DNA of 64,000 bases from Candidatus Omnitrophota bacterium (GTDB lineage Bacteria > Omnitrophota > Gorgyraeia > Zapsychrales > Zapsychraceae): assembly GCA_029261055.1 (NCBI GenBank), contig JAJDCA010000037.1, forward strand, positions 82,818 to 146,817, read 5' to 3'. How positions within the stretch are numbered: the stretch's first letter is position 1; each line of letters starts with the position of its first letter. Both the position numbers and the translations under genes were made by a program. This document shows positions 1 through 11,190 of the stretch, piece by piece. The notes below the pieces were generated by a model, which was not told the origin of the DNA, made no database searches, and saw only the letters and a program-made list of their open reading frames with translations.

Positions 1-521
1 TATCGCCGGATCTGAGCTAAATTGACCAGATGGACTAATTTCAAACATCCATACATTTATATCTGGTGGGCTATCTGTAATTGTACCACCAGCATCATAT
101 GCATATAACTTTGCATTGAATGTATTGACATCTAATGAGCTTGGTGCTATGAAATCAATAAATAGTGTCCCTGATGGTCTATTTATAAATTCTGGATATG
201 TCGCTATGTTTGCAAAATCAAATGAATTTAGTGCTGTAATCAGCACCTCTGGCCTCGGATCAGATTCACCAACCACTTTCACTATTACCCCAGACGTATT
301 TACAGTGCTTGGACGTGCACAATTCGTCATTTGTCCAGATGTGCCCGCTATGTCTGATACAGTACCAGCAGAATCAGATATAAATGTAGTACCGTTAAAT
401 TGATTTATAGTTATGGCCGAGTTAGTACCAGTTAAACCATAGAAAGCCAAATGATCATAAGTTCCGCTTCCTAAATGACTTATTGCAGTACCACTAGCCG
501 AAGCATTTCTAAAATGAACAA
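1..521 (-). CDS. Tail fibre/structural protein, 5'-truncated by the window edge (N-terminal 173 aa present)
   Basis: Reverse-complement reading from an ATG at 519-521 is preceded by AGGAGG and stays open to position 1. It is absent from the ORF track because no stop codon lies in the window. Thr/Ser/Gly-rich composition resembles the downstream fibre proteins. Confidence 0.5.
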
Positions 522-555
522 TTCCAGTCATTTGTCTTCCTCCTAGTTGTTTTAC

Positions 556-2259
556 TTAAGTATACGAATTCACACCATCGCCAGCAAGACTTTCTTCACC
601 AATGAAGATTGAGTCAACTGCTACAGTGCTACTACCAAATGAACATGGGCTACCCAAACAATTTGGACACGCTCTTCCTCCAGGTACAAATATTGCTGGA
701 CATTCTGTAGATGCTTCGCTAGTTGTTCCTGTCTGTATTGATAGAGATAATAGTAGATCTATTCCACCAACCTCATATGTACTCTGACCAAATTCATTTT
801 TAGATGCTTCGAATATTGCATCCATTAGATTAAATTCAATAGGTAGGTTTGAGCCAACACCAGTCGCAGTATCTACTATGTATGTAAATGGAGTATCAAA
901 CACTCCTATTTTTGCTGTTTTTACTCCAACCCTAAACCTTCCACCGCTGCTAGTACCATTAATTCTAATAATGGTATTTCTATTAAATGCTTTGCCCCTT
1001 GATCTAATTGGAGATGCTTGCGTTGGTTCTACCTCATTGTATATGAATGGAATGCCGCCAATATCTGCAAAGTCACTAGACCACCAGATTGCCAGGGACT
1101 CTTTGGCGCAGGCACAAGAGCAGGTACATGTGTCTGGAGGAAAAAATAAAGAGTATGGACATTCGGTTTGACACGCCTCTTCCTCTTGTGGATTGCTCTT
1201 TACCTCTACCTTTAATATATTATTCTGAACTCCAACGAATCCTGTAAAAAACCAAGACCCCCAATTTTGAATTACAGCCGGTGCCTGTTCTACTGGCTGT
1301 GCAGATGTCCATGCAATATTTGGAGTTTGTGGACCAATTAAATTTGTTGTATACCATATTGGAGTAATGTTTGTTGGAAATGTTTCCAATTGTGGTGGTT
1401 GATATCTTACCTGATGTAAACTTAATGCCAATGCAGACATATACCCATAACCCTGATCTAAATCCGGTTCTGAAGACCCAACTTGATTTTTCGTTATTCT
1501 CTCATCTCTTGGTGGTCTGCCCGCTGGTGTCATTTCCGTATCTCTACCTTCTTGTGGCAGATCTGGATCTCTACTAGATGGATTATTTGCAGGTAATCCA
1601 ACAAGAAATTGTGGAAAATTTGGATCATCAATTGTAACATTGTGTTGGGCACGACCATCCATTGTTACGCCAATTTTTTGTACTAGCCCAACAATATCCT
1701 CTGGTGTAAATGGCCAATTTCCAGCAATAGCCTTACTTAATGGATTTATAGTAATAAAACCTGTGCTACTATCTCCAGGGATACGAATATTGTCTTTTAG
1801 TTTATTTTCACTATTCCATTCGGCCTGACTAGTAACACCCTGATTGTTTGCAAACATTCTTGCCAGATGACCGCCCAATGTGTCTGGACGATCAGAATCA
1901 TTTATTAAATTCTCTATTGCAGCCTGAATATCTCTTATGTAAGATGGATAAAACTTTATAGAAAAATCCTTTAACACTCTACCATCACTGGTTGGTGTAA
2001 ATTCTACCTTTGTGTCTTCATTCTGAGTTGTGTACACATACCATTTTGGCTCCGTTAATTCACGTATTCTATATTCTGCATTTATCTCAAGCATTATTTC
2101 TTCAATATATTGAGATGAAAATTCAATAAATTGACGCTGAATAATATCGTCTGTTGGTGTAACTGGCCTAACATTTCTACGAACATTTTCAATCGGAGTA
2201 GTAAACGGTCTTGGCTTACTGTAAACTATAAATGTTTCTCCAGTGAATCCTTTTGTCAT
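556..2259 (-). CDS. Tail fibre/baseplate structural protein (567 aa) with a Cys-rich cluster
   Basis: Long ORF in the tail module. Contains the cluster CQTECPYSLFFPPDTCTCSCACAKE, a possible metal or disulfide knot. No enzymatic motif recognised. Confidence 0.5.
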   Translation of the reverse strand: MTKGFTGETFIVYSKPRPFTTPIENVRRNVRPVTPTDDIIQRQFIEFSSQYIEEIMLEINAEYRIRELTEPKWYVYTTQNEDTKVEFTPTSDGRVLKDFSIKFYPSYIRDIQAAIENLINDSDRPDTLGGHLARMFANNQGVTSQAEWNSENKLKDNIRIPGDSSTGFITINPLSKAIAGNWPFTPEDIVGLVQKIGVTMDGRAQHNVTIDDPNFPQFLVGLPANNPSSRDPDLPQEGRDTEMTPAGRPPRDERITKNQVGSSEPDLDQGYGYMSALALSLHQVRYQPPQLETFPTNITPIWYTTNLIGPQTPNIAWTSAQPVEQAPAVIQNWGSWFFTGFVGVQNNILKVEVKSNPQEEEACQTECPYSLFFPPDTCTCSCACAKESLAIWWSSDFADIGGIPFIYNEVEPTQASPIRSRGKAFNRNTIIRINGTSSGGRFRVGVKTAKIGVFDTPFTYIVDTATGVGSNLPIEFNLMDAIFEASKNEFGQSTYEVGGIDLLLSLSIQTGTTSEASTECPAIFVPGGRACPNCLGSPCSFGSSTVAVDSIFIGEESLAGDGVNSYT

Positions 2260-2262
2260 TAC

Positions 2263-5200
2263 TTACTCCTGAAACGTTATTCCACCAAAGAATGTTGGTT
2301 TTGATACAAGTACAATTAATCTAAACTGAGCAGATGCATCAGAGCCAGAAGTTGCTGTTTCTAAAAATTGCTGAGCAGTGCATGGATCTCCAACTTCTAT
2401 AATTGAAGGGTCTGCACCAGCAAATATAACATTATATATGACACTACCACCAGTACTAGGAACTTCTCCATCGGCATAAGTTGCTCCACCATCAGGAGTA
2501 AAACTCTTTATTGCACCATTTCTATTATTTGCATCTGGCCTTGTTGTTACTTGTCCAAGAATTATATTACTACCGCCAGTAGCATTAACAAGGAAAACAT
2601 CGCTGGTCCCATCATCCTGCAAAGCAGTTGAGTCTGGAGCTATCGGAGTCTCTCCCCCTCTATTCTTATTTCCATGTGAAACTAGTGTGAATTTATCACC
2701 TACGGAAGCCTGTGGTATATTCTGTTGGTCTAGAAATGGCACCTGAAATACTTCAAATTGTATGGCGGACTGACTTTCTCCAAAATTACTAGTAACCGTT
2801 GTTGGCAGTGTTTTAACATTTGCCACCGACAGTCTTTGTCCAGCGATTTCAACTTCCTGTATTGTGCTAGATATCTCAACAACCTTAGTGTCCTTTAAAT
2901 CTACTCCGCCGGTAAAATAATGCTCAAATGTGCCGTCCGCTCTTTTTTCTATGTGATAGACGGCATCCATTCCGAACTGCAAAAATCCATCAGTTGCCCT
3001 AGCTTGTTTGAGATCGTCATCGCCAAAACCAACATCAAGTGCGCGAGGCCACTTTGTACCTTGTGAGTCTATAGCTAAATAATATTGATTAGCACCAGGA
3101 TTTCTAACGCTTATAATTTCAACTGGTATTTCACGAGTATGTTCTAGTCCTGTGTCTGCTTTTATGCCTCTGCGACCATCTGTTGTTTCAGGTAGTTCAG
3201 GAATTGGTGGCACTGTAAATTCAGGCGCTTCAAACTCTGGTATGCTGGCATCTATTCTTTTAATAGCGAATGAAAAGTCTTCATCAATTGCACGTTGTAT
3301 CGGTTTAACAGTAACAAATTGAGGGAAATGACTTTTTAAACTGTACTTCGTTTGCCATGCTGGTGTTGATATATCTTTAGTTAAGCTTATATTAGTAATA
3401 CCATGCGAAACAGTACCGTAGTTTCCACTAGAATCAATAGATTGGTTTGAATAATTATCAAATGAAATTACTGGTAGTCCAACCTTAACAACTTCAGCAA
3501 ATGTTACAGTGTTGCGATTAACTACCTGTGTACTTAAAAATGCTAATGCATCTTCATTTAGTAATTCATTTGAATCCTGAGATCCTCTAGGTTCATAGCT
3601 CCAAGGAACAAAACTATCAACAACCTCTACCTTTAAGTCTGTTCCAGTTCCAGAAGCCCATATGTCAGGAAAATCAATACCAAATCTTCTTTTAACTTTT
3701 ACAGGAATACATGCACCTATGGCATTTGTTGCAGATGGGTCTAGTTCCTGAAATGGAGTTGCTTGCTTTAGTGGGTCTGGAATATCATCTGTGGTGTCAC
3801 CATCAAAAATGCTGTCTAGTGTTTGTATACGAAATACGTTATTTAGTTCTAAGTCCCTTTGTGCTTCTGGACTCCAAGCAAATTGCGGAAGCCTCACCAA
3901 TATTCCTTTTTCTTGATTATCTATAACTTCTAAAAAATCTTCAGTGAATTTATTTCTATTGCTGTCCCATTTTTTTACTTCGATTGGTACAAATTGATTA
4001 AACTCATCCTCGTTCCATTTTTCAAATGCTGCTGGAACCTGTTCACCGTCTAGACCCCATTTAGTATCTGGAGGCATGACTGCATATGCTCTCATTTTAT
4101 TTGTGTCATGATTGTAGAATGGTGCTAAAAATTTAAACTGATCGGATATCTTATAATTATCATCGAAAGTTCCGCCGTCTGTTTGATTTTCTAAATTGCA
4201 CCACGATTCATTAACAACATCAAATTGATCTAAGTCACCATATAATTGACTATCAGGATCTAGGACATATGTTCTACCATAGTGATTTTGTGCAAATGTG
4301 CGAACACGACTATACCAATTTACAATCCAGCTACGATCAGCAACTCTTCTATTTCTTAAAAGTCCAAGACCAGAGCCCACTACAGACCTTTGCTCTACAG
4401 TCAATCCAGTGTCGGAATTTATAGTAGCATTATCAATTCTGTTATCTAGCCCAACAGATCTAGCCCACCACTCTAAACCTTTTAGAGATGCAGCTAATTC
4501 ATCGTCTGTTGGTTGGTATGAGTTTAAATTGCCATCAGGTCCAAAGTATTTTAAGGTAGCACTCCATCCCTTAATAAACTTAAAATTTGTTTCAAAATTT
4601 ACACCAAGTATATTTCCAACATTACCAAATGAACCGCTTGGCATCAATCTTACATCAGTTGGCCCAATTAAGCCCTCTATATTTCCACCGTATAGTCTTG
4701 CTACTGTTGATCGTTCCGCTTCATCATTTCCATATCGTAGAGAAATAACTTCCGCTGTATCTGACTCTGTTGGTATAGCATCTTCGCTTATTTCAACACC
4801 GAACCTTCTATTTACAACATTTATTTTATCTTTTTTCATGTCATAATAAAAATCATATGCTATATCTTTTAATATTCTTGATACGGCATCTAAAAACGGC
4901 TGTGCCTTAAATTGAAAACGATACGCATCTGGATCTCTTGGCAGTTGAGCATCTATTACCTCTGGTGGCGGCAATTTGTCTATAAGCCCATTTATTGTTC
5001 CAAGTGTGTTTTCAAAATATTGTACAGCCTCATATATTTGGCCATAAGATGCACCAACTGTGCGCAACTGATTTAAATCTTTTATTACTCTTTGACGACC
5101 AACTTCTTGACCCTTTACTTTGCAGTACCAGTATATAACATCTATTACACCAACTGCTGGTGAGTCATTTTCTCCAAAAATACCATATGTATCTATTGTA

Positions 5201-5550
5201 AAGTCATTAAGCTCATCTCTAATGTCTTCTATATCAATGCTTAGTATGTTTCCACGAGATGATTTGCTATAGTCTGAATGCTTTATTCTACCGGCAATGT
5301 GAAAATCATCACCAATATTAAACCTTACAAATGTACCAATTGGAGGTAAATCATTAAATGTAAATTCATCTGGAATATATTCTAATGAAAATCTGTGTGG
5401 TTGTTGACCGAAACCAACAGACGCATTTACAGAAGAAAGAAAGGCTGTCACCGGCACACCAAATACGCCGCTGGCTAGGAAAATTTTCTGCTGCTCAAAC
5501 GTAGTTGTGCCGCTTGCTTCAATAAATGGACTTAGTGGCTCTCCCGCCAT
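2263..5550 (-). CDS. Large tail fibre/baseplate protein (1095 aa)
   Basis: Long Gly/Thr/Ser-rich ORF in the distal tail module, tightly packed with its neighbours. Confidence 0.55.
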   Translation of the reverse strand: MAGEPLSPFIEASGTTTFEQQKIFLASGVFGVPVTAFLSSVNASVGFGQQPHRFSLEYIPDEFTFNDLPPIGTFVRFNIGDDFHIAGRIKHSDYSKSSRGNILSIDIEDIRDELNDFTIDTYGIFGENDSPAVGVIDVIYWYCKVKGQEVGRQRVIKDLNQLRTVGASYGQIYEAVQYFENTLGTINGLIDKLPPPEVIDAQLPRDPDAYRFQFKAQPFLDAVSRILKDIAYDFYYDMKKDKINVVNRRFGVEISEDAIPTESDTAEVISLRYGNDEAERSTVARLYGGNIEGLIGPTDVRLMPSGSFGNVGNILGVNFETNFKFIKGWSATLKYFGPDGNLNSYQPTDDELAASLKGLEWWARSVGLDNRIDNATINSDTGLTVEQRSVVGSGLGLLRNRRVADRSWIVNWYSRVRTFAQNHYGRTYVLDPDSQLYGDLDQFDVVNESWCNLENQTDGGTFDDNYKISDQFKFLAPFYNHDTNKMRAYAVMPPDTKWGLDGEQVPAAFEKWNEDEFNQFVPIEVKKWDSNRNKFTEDFLEVIDNQEKGILVRLPQFAWSPEAQRDLELNNVFRIQTLDSIFDGDTTDDIPDPLKQATPFQELDPSATNAIGACIPVKVKRRFGIDFPDIWASGTGTDLKVEVVDSFVPWSYEPRGSQDSNELLNEDALAFLSTQVVNRNTVTFAEVVKVGLPVISFDNYSNQSIDSSGNYGTVSHGITNISLTKDISTPAWQTKYSLKSHFPQFVTVKPIQRAIDEDFSFAIKRIDASIPEFEAPEFTVPPIPELPETTDGRRGIKADTGLEHTREIPVEIISVRNPGANQYYLAIDSQGTKWPRALDVGFGDDDLKQARATDGFLQFGMDAVYHIEKRADGTFEHYFTGGVDLKDTKVVEISSTIQEVEIAGQRLSVANVKTLPTTVTSNFGESQSAIQFEVFQVPFLDQQNIPQASVGDKFTLVSHGNKNRGGETPIAPDSTALQDDGTSDVFLVNATGGSNIILGQVTTRPDANNRNGAIKSFTPDGGATYADGEVPSTGGSVIYNVIFAGADPSIIEVGDPCTAQQFLETATSGSDASAQFRLIVLVSKPTFFGGITFQE

Positions 5551-5580
5551 GTCTTACACCTTTCCTTTGATATATTTTAT

Positions 5581-6666
5581 TTAGATTGCTCCATCAAAAC
5601 CTGCAACCAGCGTATCAGATGACCAGCGCCATTGACCGCTAACCTGAACTCGATACCTTGCTGTAACTAAATAGAGTCCTGGAGATGAATAATACGTAAA
5701 CGGATTAACAGTATTGCTGCGTGCCAAGTTTCCAAAGTTCCAGAACAAATTGCTGTCAGTTGGTGAACTTGGTTGGAATGACCCGCTAGCAACCAGAGTA
5801 AAATCTACATTCATTGATGGCGGAACAACTCCAGATCTTGGGGTTCCGCTGATAGAGATTAGCGGATAATCAACACCTGCTACTAATCCACTAGCGAGAT
5901 TGAGATTAAAGCTATCCATGCCAACCATCCCAAAATCATCTACCCCACGAGCAGTTATAGTATATATTCCTGCATCTCTATAATTATAACATCCCGACCA
6001 AACGCCTGTCACTTGACTACCAAGATCAAATCCACTTATTGAGCTATTTGCTGTTGGCAACTCATCTCTTTCTGGTTCTCCAAAATCAATCTGATTAATT
6101 ACCCATTGGTTGCCATCTCGTAGGTTTCCGCTAGCTACAACACAAACATCAATGCCGCTACCATTGATAGGTATTCCAGATTGTGGAGTAACACTAGTTA
6201 TTACAACTTGAGGCGGTCTTTTTGATTTTCCTACTGTTAGCTTTGCATTGAAGTCAGATTTAAAAGTGTTTGATATAGACAACTTAGCATTAAAGTCACT
6301 TTGATCTGCTTGAATAAATGCAATTTGCGCATCTATATTTAACGATTGACCAACTGTATCTTCACTATTTGCTTTAGCTAATACTCGACCATGCATCTCC
6401 GCAAATCTGCTAGTTCCTGGTATGCTCCATACAAAGCCACCCAAGCTAAATGGGCCAGCCTGGTACTTTGAGTCAACGAATCCACCGACTACGAACCCAC
6501 TAGCACCAATTAATGGCAGAGCATTAACATAGCCACCAATACTTGTGTCGGGAAATTGAAATCCAGTACCACTAGCAATGCCTCCCAGCAACGCTACTGC
6601 ATCTTGTCCAGGAATACCCACAGATTGGGCAAATCCTCCTAAAATACCAGACCCATCATAAGACAT
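5581..6666 (-). CDS. Tail structural protein with two PKD/Ig-like domains
   Basis: Two matches to the PKD motif Y..AG.Y.v.l.v.D.fG: YNYRDAGIYTITARGVDDFGMV and YYSSPGLYLVTARYRV. Confidence 0.5.
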   Translation of the reverse strand: MSYDGSGILGGFAQSVGIPGQDAVALLGGIASGTGFQFPDTSIGGYVNALPLIGASGFVVGGFVDSKYQAGPFSLGGFVWSIPGTSRFAEMHGRVLAKANSEDTVGQSLNIDAQIAFIQADQSDFNAKLSISNTFKSDFNAKLTVGKSKRPPQVVITSVTPQSGIPINGSGIDVCVVASGNLRDGNQWVINQIDFGEPERDELPTANSSISGFDLGSQVTGVWSGCYNYRDAGIYTITARGVDDFGMVGMDSFNLNLASGLVAGVDYPLISISGTPRSGVVPPSMNVDFTLVASGSFQPSSPTDSNLFWNFGNLARSNTVNPFTYYSSPGLYLVTARYRVQVSGQWRWSSDTLVAGFDGAI

Positions 6667-6669
6667 TAT

Positions 6670-7167
6670 TTACCCGCTATTGGTTTTTATTTGCTCAAGC
6701 AATACTGAATCTCCAGTATAGATATCTACGCTAATAAGTCTACGTGAATTATTAGATTCCCAGCCAAAGTTAAAAAAATTAAAATCTTGCTTTAGGATAC
6801 GCTCTTTAGTTGCGACTAATTTTAGTCGTCCATTAATACCTATATGCTCAGTAATCATTACACGATCATGTATATTTTTAATTCTATCGTCCCATATTGC
6901 AACATTGTCTATCTTACGCTCAACTCCACGCAACACACATTTTACAGAACATACTCCATCACTTAAGTTTATAGCAGTAATATTACCAATACCATCTTTC
7001 ATTGTGTTAGTGCATGTAAATGACTCAAATGCAATTTCGTCTTCTGATATTCTTTGAATTTCATATTCCATATCTGTTTTTAATACAACAGGAGTAAACT
7101 TCTTTCTGTAAACATCATTAATTTCACCAATAGTTTTTCCCATTATTTGATTTTTTATACTTGACAC
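6670..7167 (-). CDS. Small tail-module protein, possible fibre chaperone or assembly protein
   Basis: 165-aa ORF packed between fibre genes. No recognisable motif. Confidence 0.4.
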   Translation of the reverse strand: MSSIKNQIMGKTIGEINDVYRKKFTPVVLKTDMEYEIQRISEDEIAFESFTCTNTMKDGIGNITAINLSDGVCSVKCVLRGVERKIDNVAIWDDRIKNIHDRVMITEHIGINGRLKLVATKERILKQDFNFFNFGWESNNSRRLISVDIYTGDSVLLEQIKTNSG

Positions 7168-7177
7168 TAACCTCTCC

Positions 7178-8659
7178 TTATATGAATGGATAATCTATTC
7201 CATCTCCACTATTGTACAGTGTAGTTTTTTCGTCTGCTGATAGTATTTTGTGCCAAACTCCCCATCTAGACAATCTACCAGATAGTGGGTTAGCAAGATC
7301 TGCATAATTTCCTAACCTGAAGTCTTGTGAGCCGTCAAATACACCAAATGGAGTTATGGTTGCGTCTGATACTGCCGTACCATTATCTATCTGTATATTT
7401 ACAGTGTTTCCAGTTGAGTCATGCCAAATTACTACAAAGTGCCATGTTGCAGCAGACATAGAGGTGAAATCCTCAGCCACACTAAATGATCCTACTCCAT
7501 CTGGACTAGTAACTAATCTAGTCCTACTAGATGCTATATAATCTATTAGATATTCTTTTTGATTTCCTGTATTTGTGTATTTACTCATAATTGATTGATT
7601 TACGGCTAGACTATCAATATAGACCCATCCAGCTAATGTGAAATCTCTATTCCCTATTGTTAGATCCGCGTTGTCTGCTCTAGATAAGTAATTCGAAGCA
7701 TTCCCAACAAGTATTACGCAATCGTTGCCGTCTGGTCCACCCCCAGAACTTACTCCAACTGTACCAATTTCTGACAAGTCAAGTGAACCAACACTATCTA
7801 GTCTCGTCCCTGATGATTCATCCAAGTTCCAATATACCTTTACATCATCTTGTAGTCCAGAAGCTATCGGGTCCACTGGTTCCGGTGGTGTAGGTATCAC
7901 TGCTTCTCCAGCCAAGCAAGATGTTGCATCTGTACTTCTTGTTGCTGCTTCTATCCCTGTCCATTCGTAACTCATTTTAAACTGAAATCCAGATACCCCA
8001 ACGCCACCATATGTTCCTAATTCATATCCACTTGCATGTGCTGGAAAATGTGCCATTGTATATATATAATTTGATACCTGATCTTCTATATATGATCCAC
8101 TAGAAAATATATTTGTGCCATTTACAAATGTATTCTGCAATTCTGGCAAAGATGATGGTAGTGGTAATGCATTGGCTGTTCCAGAACTTAATTGTATATT
8201 TCTATCCCATCCACTTTGTTGTAGGTAAAACCATTGTGGCTGATATCCCTTGTCGCGAAATACATTATCATCATCTATCCAGAACTTCATGTTAAAAGCT
8301 TTGAAATCTGAATCAATAGACCCATCTTCTACCATTAAATTAAAGAAACTATCTGGATGTGAGTTTATTTCACCTAGATTAAATGTCAATGCTAGTGTTG
8401 GTGTCGTGAATCCACTGCTATCAACAAATGTATTTCCAAAACTAGCTGCTACACCCGATTCTCTTTGTGCATCGAACCCACCAACCAAGCCATCAGCTAT
8501 CAGTCTTTCGGACCCCTTTGCTGCTGCCTTGTATACTCCACTCTCCCAATGTCTAAATCCTAATGGGTCTGGAGATTCTGCATCCCATATTTCAATTTGA
8601 CCAGCAGCTCTTAAGGCACCGCTGACTGCGCCAGGAAAGAAACCAGATGTAGTTACCAT
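7178..8659 (-). CDS. Tail fibre protein with a concanavalin-like lectin / LamG (Laminin_G_3) domain
   Basis: C-terminal half matches the LamG jellyroll signature: DFTLAGWVYIDS...WHFVVIWHDSTGNTVNIQIDNG...GRLSRWGVWHKILSADE. Confidence 0.6.
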   Translation of the reverse strand: MVTTSGFFPGAVSGALRAAGQIEIWDAESPDPLGFRHWESGVYKAAAKGSERLIADGLVGGFDAQRESGVAASFGNTFVDSSGFTTPTLALTFNLGEINSHPDSFFNLMVEDGSIDSDFKAFNMKFWIDDDNVFRDKGYQPQWFYLQQSGWDRNIQLSSGTANALPLPSSLPELQNTFVNGTNIFSSGSYIEDQVSNYIYTMAHFPAHASGYELGTYGGVGVSGFQFKMSYEWTGIEAATRSTDATSCLAGEAVIPTPPEPVDPIASGLQDDVKVYWNLDESSGTRLDSVGSLDLSEIGTVGVSSGGGPDGNDCVILVGNASNYLSRADNADLTIGNRDFTLAGWVYIDSLAVNQSIMSKYTNTGNQKEYLIDYIASSRTRLVTSPDGVGSFSVAEDFTSMSAATWHFVVIWHDSTGNTVNIQIDNGTAVSDATITPFGVFDGSQDFRLGNYADLANPLSGRLSRWGVWHKILSADEKTTLYNSGDGIDYPFI

Positions 8660-8671
8660 TAATCTCTCCTA

Positions 8672-9379
8672 TTAGTCAAAAAGTGGTGTGAGGTTATCAA
8701 TTTCAAAAGTTGTTCTAAGTAGAAATCCGCTAGCACTAGTGCTTCCGTATTGGGCTAATGGCAAAGTGCCGGAGGCCGCGACAGCCATATAAACCCACTG
8801 AGAAACATCTGCGTCTCCAGACCCATGAATAGTAGATCCGCCATTTGTTCTTGACAAATTCAATGATTCTGGAAGACTGGTTGGCAAAAACTTTGACTCA
8901 TTTAGTAAATAGTTAGTTGGGAATTGTAGTCCACTAGCCCACGCATTGTGTTTTTCATATACAATTCTAAAAGAGTCTGGTGTGAGGAAGTCGCTTGTGC
9001 TTGATGCCCATAATCTTATATTATGAATTCTGGTGGTATGACAATCAAATTGTTCTGCACGAAATAGAAATACTCTAGCGCATGATATTCCTGATCCTGG
9101 CGATATATTTATAGAATTCATGTCAAAGTCGCCGAAGTTAAGGCTTGCTGGATTACTTCCAGATGCTCTAACACCGATAAAAGCTTCTGGCACACCGGAG
9201 CCGTAATGAATATGGCGTGAACCAGATGGATCTACACCCTCTACGTTATACTCTATCAGCATTGGGGTAACATTTATCTCTGGTGTTAATATAGTTGGAG
9301 ATACTGTGGCTGGCGTACCTATCCTGTTATTTAATGCTATTGGAATACTATATGCCCAATTTCCGTATCTTTCTACCAT
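8672..9379 (-). CDS. Tail-module structural protein
   Basis: 235-aa ORF in the tail gene block. No recognisable motif. Confidence 0.4.
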   Translation of the reverse strand: MVERYGNWAYSIPIALNNRIGTPATVSPTILTPEINVTPMLIEYNVEGVDPSGSRHIHYGSGVPEAFIGVRASGSNPASLNFGDFDMNSINISPGSGISCARVFLFRAEQFDCHTTRIHNIRLWASSTSDFLTPDSFRIVYEKHNAWASGLQFPTNYLLNESKFLPTSLPESLNLSRTNGGSTIHGSGDADVSQWVYMAVAASGTLPLAQYGSTSASGFLLRTTFEIDNLTPLFD

Positions 9380-9394
9380 GCCTTTCTCCTGCCC

Positions 9395-11179
9395 TTATAT
9401 TTTTAATATTGGTGTCACCCTTAACAAGGCTTCTTCTTCCTTGCTGAACCCTACATCATTTACATAGTCCCAATAGAAATCATACTGTATTCCACCTGGA
9501 CTCGTAGGCAAATCTGATACACCACTACCTAACAATATATGAGTATTATACGATCTAAATCTTCTGGCGGTATTCCAGGAAGCACCTTTGTCTATTGAAA
9601 ACTCAATTGTAACGTCTACTGGTCTTGATTCTTCGTCTGATAATGAATATGTCATTACAGCATAGTCGCTACATTTAAACAACTCTGGATTGGTTCCAGA
9701 TGGTATTGTCGCATATGGTCCCAAATTAGCTAATGGCAGAATACCCCTCGGTGTTCCTCCACCGGCACCAACGTAAATCTCTTGCCAGTCACCATTTACA
9801 TATGTGTAGATATATGTACCACCACCGGCAGTTTTTTGAGCTGCATGACCTATTACACCAACATTGCCCATTGTGATATAGCTTACTAGCATTTTATTAT
9901 TTATTGGATCTTCTGAAAGATAAATATTTCCATCAAACCTAGTTAGGTCGTCTGGCAGGTTGCTTGTTGCATTTGTCCAGTTCGATACCCCAGATGCGTT
10001 AAGTCCATCATTGATAAAATGATTAACTCCAGATGCCTCAGTACATATAAACGCATGAAGCTGTCCATCGAAATTTTTCAGAGCGCACGATCTCATGGGC
10101 TGATCGGTGTCGTCCAGTATTCTTGCGGTCCACGGATCGGATACACGAATATCTGTAGTTTGTCCAAGACCAGGAGGAATTGTTAGAGAACTAAGGTCAG
10201 CAAAGAAGTCTACCCCAGATGGGTATTGGCTGCCCAGCCTTACACTTTTTAGTATGCCAGAGCCCTCTAATACGAGTAATCTGCTTGGCCCATTAGACTC
10301 CCCATTTGTAAATCCTCCACTAGGCCATATCTCAAGTGATCTAGTTGTTGGTCTAGATGTATCTGTGTCAACTAGTGACATTGTACCGCTACCACCATTT
10401 ATTTTCACTACATCACATGGATTACAGAAATATATATCATCGCCATAACTTATCATATCGCACATATGTAATAGTTCTGGATCTGGAGAATTTTCTGATA
10501 ATCCTTCAGTAAATCTGGTTGCCGGACCAAATGTTTTTTTGTCTTGGTCATCTATTGTTGCCCAAAAGTATTGACGAGCTATGCGTGAGTCGCTAAGAGG
10601 CAATGCTGTAAAATCATAGTCCCAGCCATTTTGTGGCCATAGATCAGATGCATTATCATCTTTAAATATCTGTTGACCAACTATAAACAGTATACCATTA
10701 TGCACAACCATAGAACAATCACCAGTTCTTGTTTTCATTGGCAAACTTTGTGAATCAGTACCAACGCCACTTGGAGACATTAGTTCTAGTCCTGGACCAC
10801 TCAAGTCTGGTCTAGACTCATATTCAGAATTTCCACCATTAACAAATAATCCAGAACCATCAAATCTAACTATAGACAATTCAGAACCAACAGCTTGAAT
10901 GCTGTTTAGTGCTTGGTATAGTCTTCCATTAAATACAGCCATTGATTTTTTATTATATAGTGCTCCTGGCCATATAGAGTTTGCTCCACCAAAATAAGTT
11001 CTAAAGTAGTCAGTTGTTGATTGTTGATTGTTGAATGATCCCTGATAGTTTGGAGATACATCACTGTCTGCACTACCTGTTGTTGGATTAACCCTAAAGC
11101 TATATGCAAAATGCCTAGCCATCCTTCCATCAACATATATGAGTCCACCTCCCCAGGTTTGTAAAACAATCGGAATCAT
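9395..11179 (-). CDS. Tail/baseplate protein with beta-propeller-like repeats
   Basis: Recurrent blade-like motifs (DGQLHAFICTE, DDIYFCNP, DGNIYLSEDP, NGILFIVGQ) suggest a Kelch/propeller fold. Confidence 0.45.
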   Translation of the reverse strand: MIPIVLQTWGGGLIYVDGRMARHFAYSFRVNPTTGSADSDVSPNYQGSFNNQQSTTDYFRTYFGGANSIWPGALYNKKSMAVFNGRLYQALNSIQAVGSELSIVRFDGSGLFVNGGNSEYESRPDLSGPGLELMSPSGVGTDSQSLPMKTRTGDCSMVVHNGILFIVGQQIFKDDNASDLWPQNGWDYDFTALPLSDSRIARQYFWATIDDQDKKTFGPATRFTEGLSENSPDPELLHMCDMISYGDDIYFCNPCDVVKINGGSGTMSLVDTDTSRPTTRSLEIWPSGGFTNGESNGPSRLLVLEGSGILKSVRLGSQYPSGVDFFADLSSLTIPPGLGQTTDIRVSDPWTARILDDTDQPMRSCALKNFDGQLHAFICTEASGVNHFINDGLNASGVSNWTNATSNLPDDLTRFDGNIYLSEDPINNKMLVSYITMGNVGVIGHAAQKTAGGGTYIYTYVNGDWQEIYVGAGGGTPRGILPLANLGPYATIPSGTNPELFKCSDYAVMTYSLSDEESRPVDVTIEFSIDKGASWNTARRFRSYNTHILLGSGVSDLPTSPGGIQYDFYWDYVNDVGFSKEEEALLRVTPILKI

Positions 11180-11190
11180 ACTTTACCTCC

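Noticed and set aside
116-403. Plus-strand 95-aa ORF at the window start
   Set aside because: It lies entirely antisense to a well-supported minus-strand structural CDS (AGGAGG RBS, ATG at 519-521, open to the window edge). It is a likely spurious ORF.
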